From assembly GCA_964494625.1 (NCBI GenBank), contig CAZBRT010000004.1:10578-74577 (forward strand): DNA of 64,000 nt. The letters run 5' to 3'. Source of the DNA: an uncultured Flavobacteriaceae bacterium. Lineage in GTDB: Bacteria; Pseudomonadota; Alphaproteobacteria; Micropepsales; Micropepsaceae. This document shows, in pieces, positions 55,111 to 62,925 of this stretch (positions are counted from its first letter, which is position 1; each line of letters begins with the position of its first letter). The notes under the pieces are model-generated. The model ran no database searches. It worked only from the letters and a program-made list of their open reading frames with translations, and was not told where the DNA came from. Both the position numbers and the translations under genes were made by a program.

Positions 55111-55181
55111 GTGTTTTCTCCGGTGTCGAGAGGAAAATTATGCAGGTGGGAGGGGATTTCTCCCCCCGTTGCTGTCAGGCG

Positions 55182-55350
55182 GCCTCAAGTCTGGTCGCAC
55201 GTGCAAATAGGGGCAAACCCCTCATGTTCAGCCCTCGCGTCACGGCAAAAAAGCAAGTTGCGGACCTAGTTCACTTCACGATCTCGCTCTGACATCCGTT
55301 GCTGGCGCTGGCGGCGCCGTAGCAAGCGTATCAACCGGCTTGAAGATCGC
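55182..55350. repeat. direct repeat copy B (169 bp)
   Basis: Matches 54283-54450. Covers the 3' end of 55276-56046 plus a relic of the DUF3293 start region in which the ATG is destroyed (gcaaacatggg becomes gcaaatagggg). Confidence 0.95.
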
Positions 55351-56046
55351 AGCAAGGTTTGCGGGGAACTCTCCGCTCCAGCTCGATTGCGGCCCGATAG
55401 AAAGGATGTCGTCCAGCGCCGCCAGCAGGCTGTCACAAGTCTCAGCAAGGCCTGCGGCCCCTTCAGCTGCCTTCTGCAGAAGATCCAGCCCGTTCTCCGG
55501 TGATGCGCCCGATGCACACACCGTCAGATCGGCGAGATCGGCTACGGCCAGCGCCTTGTGCCAATGAGCCTCGACAATCTTTGCCGAGGATGGCGCACGT
55601 CCTAGCAATTGCGCTAGCATGGTCGCAATCTCGTAGGCCGTCTCTGCCGCTTGAAGCTCCTCCGCATCGGGATAGGGTTTCGCCTTGCGGCAATCATCCG
55701 CCGTGTCGTTCTGGCCGATGCTGTCCAGCGCCGCAGGAATGAACTGGGTGACAAGCAGCGTGACGAAGCGCCGGTACCGGGCTTCTTCGTCAGCGTCACT
55801 GCCGCGCGAGCCCAGCATGCGGTGCAGGTAGGGAAGGAGCCGTTGCCGCTCCGCATCCGGCAGCCCGTCATTGATCCCCCGGCAGACGGAAGCGATTACG
55901 GGCGAGGTGCACGGCCCCGCCTTGTCCGAGTGCGCATAGCCCGCGATGAAGTTGGCGAGTTCCATCGCACAGAGCTGACCCGAACCCTCGTCATGCGCAC
56001 CTGCGTTCAGCGTGATTTCGGGGAACATGGCTTGTAGGTTGATCAT
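55276..56046 (-). CDS. hypothetical protein
   Basis: 256 aa. The N-terminus is NAGAHDEGSGQLCAMELANFIAGYAHSDKAGPCTSPV. The C-terminal 20 aa (IFKPVDTLATAPPAPATDVR) are identical to the clamp-like protein tail. Confidence 0.6.
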   Translation of the reverse strand: MINLQAMFPEITLNAGAHDEGSGQLCAMELANFIAGYAHSDKAGPCTSPVIASVCRGINDGLPDAERQRLLPYLHRMLGSRGSDADEEARYRRFVTLLVTQFIPAALDSIGQNDTADDCRKAKPYPDAEELQAAETAYEIATMLAQLLGRAPSSAKIVEAHWHKALAVADLADLTVCASGASPENGLDLLQKAAEGAAGLAETCDSLLAALDDILSIGPQSSWSGEFPANLAAIFKPVDTLATAPPAPATDVRARS

Positions 56047-56180
56047 CTTTGCCTCCTCTTGAGTTCAGCCACTCTTGTGACCGGTCCGGCTAATGGCGCG
56101 CAGGACCGCCTCAATCTGTCAGACACGCGGGATTTCTCCCGCGCGCCTGACGCACCTTCACGGTCACACCACCGCTTTGC

Positions 56181-57515
56181 TCAATCCTTGACCCCCTGCT
56201 CGCGCTTGCGGCGCAAGAAGCTCATGCGGCTTGTCTCGGCGTCCCGGTCGAACGCTTCCGCCTCGCCAAAGCCGCGCAGCTTCCGGCGCATTTCCTTGGA
56301 CTGATAATGCGCTTCCTTCTGCAGCGCCATCTCGTCCCGCTGATGGGCGTAGCGGGAAAGGGTCGCGAGCGCATCGCGGACCCACTGATTGGATCCGGCT
56401 TCTTCACGAGCGGTCGCGAGTGTCGCTTCCACCTGCCGCCAGTCGCCACGCTGTGCGGCCGCCGCTGCCTGATCCATCAGTTCAGCAGCGCGCGACTCAC
56501 AGATGCGCGCATGGACTTCCTCGTTCCGGGGCAGGGCTTCAAAAGCAGCCGCCGTCATCACCGGCAGGCGCAGCGTTGCCTCCACCGAGACCGGCCCCCT
56601 GCCAAGTGCATGGAGCGTGACCTGACAGGAGAGGACGACGGGAGCGGTTCCCTCCACTGCAAGGGTCGCCGGGATGTGAATCTTGACCACCGAAATGGCA
56701 CTGGAACCTGACGCAACATCGGGCAACAGAAGCTGCTGGCCCTCGCGCAGGTGCCCATTACGTTCGTCAATGCGAGTGCCATCCGCCGGCGTGAAGCGAA
56801 GCGCAAGGTTCGTCGCGCGCATCGCCCGCAGGGCATCCAGCTCCTGCTCATAGCAGCCGATCAGTTCGGCCGAGGTCTTGCCGTAGTAGGCGTTGCCCGA
56901 GCCAAATTTGGCCATAACTGTCATCAGGCTCTCGCCAAAGTCTTGACCGATGCCAAATGTCGAGGTGGAAATGCCTGCGCGAGCCTGTTCCCGGCAAAGA
57001 CTGCTGAGCAGCACCGGATCGGTGAGCCCGCGATTAGCGATGCCATCCGAGAGAAGCAGCAAGCGCGCAAGGCGATCCACGGGCTGACTGCCCGGCACGG
57101 CATCGCCGAGACCTTGGCGCAGTGCGGCGATGCCCGTGTGCCATCCCGCGTGCAGATCCGTCATGCCACGGGGCGTCACTGCGTCGACCGCGTCGCGCGC
57201 ATCACTCCAGTTTCTCAGCGGACCAAAAGGCACCACCTCCACGGCCATGTCATCATAAGCGATGACGCCGATGCGATCGTTGCTGCCGACGCGATCGATG
57301 ATCGCGCGTACGCAGCGCTTCACGTCCTCAAGGGACAAGGCCATGGAGCCGGAGCGGTCGATCACGATGGAAAGATCAAGCGCTGCGCCATTGGGGATAG
57401 CATCTTCCTGTCCGGTCGCGCTCACTTTGATGAGGGCGTCGATCGCATTGTCACGGCCTGCGATGAGGCCCTGATGCAGGGGCAGGATTTCAAGGGTGAA
57501 GTCAGTCATGGTCAT
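56181..57515 (-). CDS. von Willebrand factor type A (vWA) domain protein
   Basis: Canonical MIDAS IVIDRSGSM, IGVIAYDD and LLLSDGIANRG. This is followed by a beta-rich region and a helical, charged C-terminus. Confidence 0.85.
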   Translation of the reverse strand: MTMTDFTLEILPLHQGLIAGRDNAIDALIKVSATGQEDAIPNGAALDLSIVIDRSGSMALSLEDVKRCVRAIIDRVGSNDRIGVIAYDDMAVEVVPFGPLRNWSDARDAVDAVTPRGMTDLHAGWHTGIAALRQGLGDAVPGSQPVDRLARLLLLSDGIANRGLTDPVLLSSLCREQARAGISTSTFGIGQDFGESLMTVMAKFGSGNAYYGKTSAELIGCYEQELDALRAMRATNLALRFTPADGTRIDERNGHLREGQQLLLPDVASGSSAISVVKIHIPATLAVEGTAPVVLSCQVTLHALGRGPVSVEATLRLPVMTAAAFEALPRNEEVHARICESRAAELMDQAAAAAQRGDWRQVEATLATAREEAGSNQWVRDALATLSRYAHQRDEMALQKEAHYQSKEMRRKLRGFGEAEAFDRDAETSRMSFLRRKREQGVKD

Positions 57516-57676
57516 ATTCCTTTCAGGGGGCTAGGCGGGGGTTGAACAAGGCAGCGCAAAATGCACGCAGATATCCGTCACCGGCAGACGGCCGGTGCTG
57601 GCCTGCACCAATCGGGGCAGGGATCAGGCTTGAAGCTGTGGGTTGGTTTTCAGCTCAGGGCTTCGGCGCACGGGCC

Positions 57677-59401
57677 TTAGCTGAGCGACAACCGGGGCAA
57701 TCGCTTCCACCGGCTGCGCAGGCTCTCGAACAGAAGGCCAAACTGGGCAGTCAGTTGCGCGCCCTCGGGCAAGCGCGCAACATAGGGGCTGAAGTAGCGG
57801 TACTGCTCGACCTGCAGGCGATCCAGCTCGGCCTTGCGATCTTCCGCTGCAAGAACGATGGCGCGCCGGGCCACCGTCTCAAGCCAGCTGATCGCCACAA
57901 TCCGGGCCGCATGAAGGTCGACGGGCTGCGCGTCGTTTTCGCGGGCGGGAACCAGCTTGAAGTGCACGCGGGAGCCAAGTTTGACCTTCTTGGCGGCAAC
58001 AATGTCCTCGCCGGTCAGCTGGATATCGACGTCATCAAGGTCGCGCACCCCCGGCACTTTGTGGAACCGCCTTGATCCCGGAAAATGCAGCCGGACCGGG
58101 ATCGATAGGCGGCTGCCAGCGCGCAAATCGCCCAAAGGAATGATGAAGGGCTTGCCAGCGCCTGTTGCGCCATCTTCGCCGACGCGCCCAATAAGCCCCT
58201 TTTTCCAAGAGTCGATACCGCCATCAAGGCGCGGAGTGACGATGAGGCTGCAATTGCGGGCCACGATTGGCCGGAGCGTGAGGTGGTGTGCCAGAACGTG
58301 TTCTGAGAGATCACACAGTGTCTCGCCAAAGCGGAGCGGCGCGCCATCCTCTCCACCGCCTTCCATGGCAAGAAGCAGCGCCATGTCGGGTCGCGCGCCA
58401 AGGCCCAACGCAACCGTCTTGATGTTGGCATTGGCCAGTTCGGCAGCAGCGTTGGCGACTTGGCGCGGGTCGTTTTCGCCCCGGTCAGTGCCTGCATCAG
58501 TAAAGACAAGTACACGGCATGTGATACCTGGCTTGGCGTATTCCGAGAGTTCTTCCGCCGCTGCGAGCCATGTGTCGACAAGATCAATGGCGCTGGCGGC
58601 ATAGCCAACGCGCAAAACCTCGCGCGCCGCCGCCTTGCCACGACGGTCCATGGCGGTCAGCGGCATCGCGCGGACCGGCCCCTTATCGCCCCAGAAGATC
58701 GCAAGCTGATCTTCCGCCCGCATCGCTTGGATGATCTGCTCCAGAGTGCGAGCAGCGTTTGTGCGGATGGTGCTTGAGCGCGTATCGATGACGGCGGCGA
58801 CAATGTTCGGCGGCGCATCTTTGGAGGCGGGGGATGAGGCGATGGTACCGGCTGATTCAGAAGCGCCCTGATCACCCGCAACCGCTTCGATGGTTACAAC
58901 GACATGACGAACCGATCCGCCATTGTTCCAGCCCAGCTGCCGATCCACGCGTGTCGAGACGGCGAGAGACCGGGATTTGGCAACAGGTGTGGCAAGTTCC
59001 GTGTGCTTTGCTGTCTGCGGCACCCGAGGCGGCATATCAACTTCATCAGCTTCACGCGACTGCAGACGATCGCGCAGCGCCTTGATCCTGTCCTTGAGGT
59101 CTGCGTGCTGGGGCAACAACAGAGACCGCATGCGGTCTTCACTGGCCGTGGCCAGCCACGAGAGGATCGCGGGATAGCGCAGCTTTTCGACCTCACGCAG
59201 GTGCCGGATCACACGGGCGCGGATGAGGTGGGTGCCCGTGTAGTAGGAAGCGCGCGCCTTTCCCTCAGGTCCAGCCAAGAGTTTCTTTTCGATATAGAAG
59301 CGGATGAGGCGCTCGTCGACGCCAGAGGCATCGGCAAGCTCCTTCAGCGAATACTGGTCCGCCATCGCCGTGGTGTTGATCGGTTCATCACTCATGGTCA
59401 A
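57677..59401 (-). CDS. MerR-type HTH fused to a vWA-like domain
   Basis: The N-terminus YSLKELADASGVDERLIRFYIEKKLL...YYTGTHLIRARVIRHL is a MerR HTH. The central region is vWA-like (VAAVIDTRSS..., VLVFTDAGTDRG, VALGLG) with a non-canonical MIDAS. The post-vWA region is arranged like that of the downstream gene. Confidence 0.75.
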   Translation of the reverse strand: MTMSDEPINTTAMADQYSLKELADASGVDERLIRFYIEKKLLAGPEGKARASYYTGTHLIRARVIRHLREVEKLRYPAILSWLATASEDRMRSLLLPQHADLKDRIKALRDRLQSREADEVDMPPRVPQTAKHTELATPVAKSRSLAVSTRVDRQLGWNNGGSVRHVVVTIEAVAGDQGASESAGTIASSPASKDAPPNIVAAVIDTRSSTIRTNAARTLEQIIQAMRAEDQLAIFWGDKGPVRAMPLTAMDRRGKAAAREVLRVGYAASAIDLVDTWLAAAEELSEYAKPGITCRVLVFTDAGTDRGENDPRQVANAAAELANANIKTVALGLGARPDMALLLAMEGGGEDGAPLRFGETLCDLSEHVLAHHLTLRPIVARNCSLIVTPRLDGGIDSWKKGLIGRVGEDGATGAGKPFIIPLGDLRAGSRLSIPVRLHFPGSRRFHKVPGVRDLDDVDIQLTGEDIVAAKKVKLGSRVHFKLVPARENDAQPVDLHAARIVAISWLETVARRAIVLAAEDRKAELDRLQVEQYRYFSPYVARLPEGAQLTAQFGLLFESLRSRWKRLPRLSLS

Positions 59402-59549
59402 GCCGCCTGTCTCATAAAATCTCGGGGGATCGCCCCCGTGCTAAGTCGCGTGTGGCCCACTCGCGGGCGCTCCCTCTAGGAACTTGTCGACGGTTCCGTG
59501 CCCAAGGCACCACCCTCAAGGCCAGAAGGTTATCGACCCATTTCCTCAT

Positions 59550-59604
59550 CATATAGTATGGCGTAATAGAATTATCAAGCCATATTGCCGTTATTCCGCA
59601 TGGC
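59550..59604 (-). promoter_or_regulatory. candidate promoter plus operator for the MerR-vWA gene
   Basis: On the minus strand there is TTGATA-N17-TATATG. It overlaps the palindrome TATGGC-N16-GCCATA (59557-59584), and a third half-site CATGGC lies at 59599-59604. The whole lies in the most AT-rich patch of the island. Confidence 0.35.
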
Positions 59605-59686
59605 GGGATAAGGCTGGTCCCGGCAACGAACGCGGGCGCAATGTGGCGGGAGGATTTCACGCGTAGCACTTCTGTCGGCCGCCTCA

Positions 59687-60325
59687 TCAGTGGAGCCCAC
59701 TGTCCCGATGCCCTCTGGTGTAGCCCAGACGGATCGCAGTTTCGTAAGCAACTTGCGGCGGGTTTTGTCCGTTTTGATTGGCGATCTTGACAAAGTCACC
59801 GGTGAGTATCTGCACGCCGCGATTGACAAGGTGAGGTTGGCCGCCGCAGGGGGCATGCAGCAGGGCCCGGAAAAATCCATCAAGGTAGTCGAGCGCGTCA
59901 TCGTAGTCGGGGACAAGCTGCCGGAAACTCTCCTCTTCAGCTTGGGTACGAGAAATCAATGCACCAGCTTCGGTTGCCTCGCCCCCGGAAAATGAGTGTT
60001 CAAGGTGCTCAGTAAATCGGGCAATGATGGCGTCTTCGCGTTCGGTGTCATGCGCTTGATCGACACGTTCAATGTCCTTGCTTGCGCTGCTGATGAACTT
60101 GAGTGCATCGGCGGCACGACGCATTGTGGTCATGATGACCACGACGGCACTTGGGTTGCGGTCAGCAATCAGGAGGTCAGCCGCCATCGAAAGTTTTTGC
60201 TCGACGAAATCGAGATAATCGGCGGTCACACGCATCAGCGTTTGATAATCTGAAGCCTTGCGGGGCTGGCGGTCTGCGTCGCTATGGGAATTTTTGGTCA
60301 GGGATTGGGACATGGCGTGCTCCAT
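59687..60325 (-). CDS. hypothetical protein
   Basis: 212-aa ORF, 30 bp downstream of the preceding gene on the same strand. No family recognised. Confidence 0.55.
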   Translation of the reverse strand: MEHAMSQSLTKNSHSDADRQPRKASDYQTLMRVTADYLDFVEQKLSMAADLLIADRNPSAVVVIMTTMRRAADALKFISSASKDIERVDQAHDTEREDAIIARFTEHLEHSFSGGEATEAGALISRTQAEEESFRQLVPDYDDALDYLDGFFRALLHAPCGGQPHLVNRGVQILTGDFVKIANQNGQNPPQVAYETAIRLGYTRGHRDSGLH

Positions 60326-60355
60326 GGATCTTGTGTTCTGTTTGATCTTTTGATG

Positions 60356-61459
60356 TCAGTCGACCAGCGGCGGCAGCTGCAGTGCGTTGCGCTCACCCGA
60401 TTGCGGGGCTAGAAACCGGCGGCAGTTGACATAGCGCTCTAGGGATTGTTGGGCTGAGAAGGGCTTTGGCGGGGGGCTGCCGAACTCGATCTCGTGCCAG
60501 CGATATCGAAAATGCGACAGGAAGAGCCTGAGTGTGTGGCGCTTGGCGCGTTCATGAATATCTATGTCTGGCAGTTTTCCCGCGGCATAGGCCACATAGT
60601 CGTCGGCATCCTTGCCGATGTGACGTTCGCTGAGGGCTTTGGCTGCAAGTTCAGCGAACTGCCCCGCCTCGCTTCTTGCAGTAATTATTTCCCTGAAGTT
60701 GACATAGGCGTGCCCATAAACACCGTTGGGATGGCCCGACGACTTTGCAAGTAAGCCGGCCAACCTCCAGCAAAGGTCGCGCACATGCGGCTTACATGCC
60801 TCGAATGAGATCGCCTCGGCCAGATTTGCGCGGGTGAGCCAATCGTTGCCGAGATCTTCGTCGTCTGGAGTATCTGTGCCATAATTGTTGTCCCGGCACT
60901 GACGGTTCTTCATTTGTCGAATGATTCGACGGGGATTGCGCCCGGCGGCGACGGCTACTGCGGTGACATCTTCGAGCGTGAGAACGTGTTGGGAGCAAAC
61001 CACACGGGTAATCAAATCCTCCGCCCTCTGAGCGCTGTACAACTTTGCCGTGGGATCAAGCCCCGCAATGCGAAGCAAGCGACTCTCTGTCGGGATCTTT
61101 TGCAAGTCGAAGAAGGATATCAATCCAGCGGCGCTGACAGCATCAACGCCGGGGATGGACCGCAGCCAACGCCCAATTCTCTGACTCTTGGCGTAGTCAT
61201 CTAGGACCGTCATGATGCCGTGTTCGACGGTTTCCGTGCGAACAGTCATCCACTGAGTGACGCCGTTTTTGCCCGTGGCACCCTTGGTGCGCGTCAACAA
61301 CTTCGCGGCTGATTTTAGGATGCGCTGGAGATCCAAGAAGGTGCGGGCGAGATGCGCCGCTTCTGTCTTGGTCAGGGGGCGAGGTTCGGACCCATGGATG
61401 GGCTCTTTGCCGTCAGAAAAATCGGGTAAGTCAGGTGGACCTGAATCGGTCGTGGTCAT
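60356..61459 (-). CDS. hypothetical protein with IS110-C-terminal-like helix-hairpin-helix segment
   Basis: LRSIPGVDAVSAAGLISFFDLQKIPTESRLLRIAGLDPT resembles the Transposase_20 HhH region. No DEDD/RuvC-like N-terminal domain is seen. Confidence 0.5.
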   Translation of the reverse strand: MTTTDSGPPDLPDFSDGKEPIHGSEPRPLTKTEAAHLARTFLDLQRILKSAAKLLTRTKGATGKNGVTQWMTVRTETVEHGIMTVLDDYAKSQRIGRWLRSIPGVDAVSAAGLISFFDLQKIPTESRLLRIAGLDPTAKLYSAQRAEDLITRVVCSQHVLTLEDVTAVAVAAGRNPRRIIRQMKNRQCRDNNYGTDTPDDEDLGNDWLTRANLAEAISFEACKPHVRDLCWRLAGLLAKSSGHPNGVYGHAYVNFREIITARSEAGQFAELAAKALSERHIGKDADDYVAYAAGKLPDIDIHERAKRHTLRLFLSHFRYRWHEIEFGSPPPKPFSAQQSLERYVNCRRFLAPQSGERNALQLPPLVD

Positions 61460-61999
61460 GGCTAGCTTCCTAAGTTTGACGCTCGCGAAACGCGTATCCC
61501 ATGCCGAACCCGATTGTTTGCCATTTGGGGCCGCATGCCGCTGAACGCGGAACCACCTTGCCCGGGCGCGGGCAGGTTGGCGGAGGCACGTGCCTCGCTC
61601 GCTATGCTGATGGATGTGATGCTGCTGCTGGTGCCAGCAGCGCCGCTATGTGGATTGGGTCATTGCTCGTCTCCCTCTTTGCCTCATGGCCTCGTCTTTG
61701 AACCACCGTGCCGGAGTAGGTCGGTTGGCGGGGCAGCGCCCCTTCTTGACGAAATTCTCAATGACCACACGTCGATCATCGACCTCTTGAACGCTAGTGA
61801 AGGATTCTGCTTTTGTAAAGCGGATGCTGCACGAGCGGTCTGGCTCTGAACTTCCTTTGTAATTTTGGCGAAATTTTGTCAGGTCGCCGTTGTTTCATCT
61901 TGTGCTGTTGTCGAAGGCTGGCGACGGCACTGAAGGGCCATCAACCTCCACATTATATCAAACCCGCCATGTCATGCCTGCCCCTGTGCATGAAAGCTC

Positions 62000-62233
62000 T
62001 CATCCTGTCGCCTGCACCAGCTTTGCCGTCTTCTTGTCATAGACGAAGCCGGTGATCGTGCCGTCCTTGATCTTGGCGATGGCTTCGTCGATCACAAAGC
62101 GCGGGAGGTCGCCGACGACGCGGTAGAGGCGATGTGTCGGTTTGGGGCTCTTCGCAGGTTCGGGCTTGGTTTTTTGTTTTTCGGCATGGAAAGGGCTCCT
62201 CTTTCTTTGCCGCAGACCATTCCGCGGCTTCAT
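62000..62233 (-). CDS. small basic hypothetical protein (start and frame uncertain)
   Basis: 77-aa reading from the ATG at 62233, with no Shine-Dalgarno. A strong SD (GAGGAG) precedes an out-of-frame ATG at 62187. Confidence 0.3.
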   Translation of the reverse strand: MKPRNGLRQRKRSPFHAEKQKTKPEPAKSPKPTHRLYRVVGDLPRFVIDEAIAKIKDGTITGFVYDKKTAKLVQATG

Positions 62234-62506
62234 GGGAGACACGAGCCGCTGGCCAAGGAGACGACGATCACACCCCGTCAGCCCCGAAGGGCGAGCGGAG
62301 CTGCACGGAGCAAAGCGGAGGAAGCGAGCTGGGTTGAACGGCGTCGGGCCAGCGGCACGAAAGCGCCCAAGAAGAAGACGCGAATTGCTCGAAGGCACGA
62401 AGGAGCCGATTGGCAAGAAATACCAAGCAGATAATCGCGCATCAGCACGCGCGCGCCTGCGCGCCTCCGGGCGCGGCGAGTCCGATCAGGCAAGTTTCAT
62501 GGTACA

Positions 62507-62911
62507 ATGGAGATGTGGTTCGCACGTTGTGCGGGCAGGCGGGGTTTAGTGGAACAATGGATTTCCGCGAGCGAGGGCTTCATTCAAGCTGATGTCATCC
62601 GATGGACGGAAGGCATCTATGCCAAACGCCGCCGCAAGAACGCGAAATCTCCGCGCATCGGCGAACGCCAAGTCACCGCAGAAGTTCTGGCAGGGACAGA
62701 TGATGGCTGGCTCAAGCTGCTGGTGCTTGGGAGCATCATCACCAAGGACGACTACGCGGGCAGCCGCCTTCCTCCCCTGAACACAGGCGAGCAAATCAAA
62801 CGCGCCCGAAAGACCGTCGAACGCGGCAAGCCGGAACGGCTCTTATGGAGAAAGGAGCCCGCACGCGCCGCTATTTGTGAGCAAAGTAAGTTCATTGAGA
62901 ACCCACCGTAA
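62507..62911 (+). CDS. hypothetical protein
   Basis: 134-aa ORF and the only plus-strand ORF in this part of the island. No family recognised. Confidence 0.4.
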   Translation: MEMWFARCAGRRGLVEQWISASEGFIQADVIRWTEGIYAKRRRKNAKSPRIGERQVTAEVLAGTDDGWLKLLVLGSIITKDDYAGSRLPPLNTGEQIKRARKTVERGKPERLLWRKEPARAAICEQSKFIENPP

Positions 62912-62925
62912 CGTGCCCAAATTTT

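Noticed and set aside
60356-61459. Calling this gene an IS110-family transposase, or the locus an insertion sequence.
   Set aside because: Only the HhH segment resembles IS110 proteins. There is no DEDD catalytic N-terminal domain and no recognisable element ends.
62132-62549. Plus-strand ORFs 62132-62434, 62134-62337 and 62142-62549.
   Set aside because: They are mutually overlapping, extremely Arg/Lys/Pro-rich translations with no start context. They are most likely non-coding frames of the ambiguous region.
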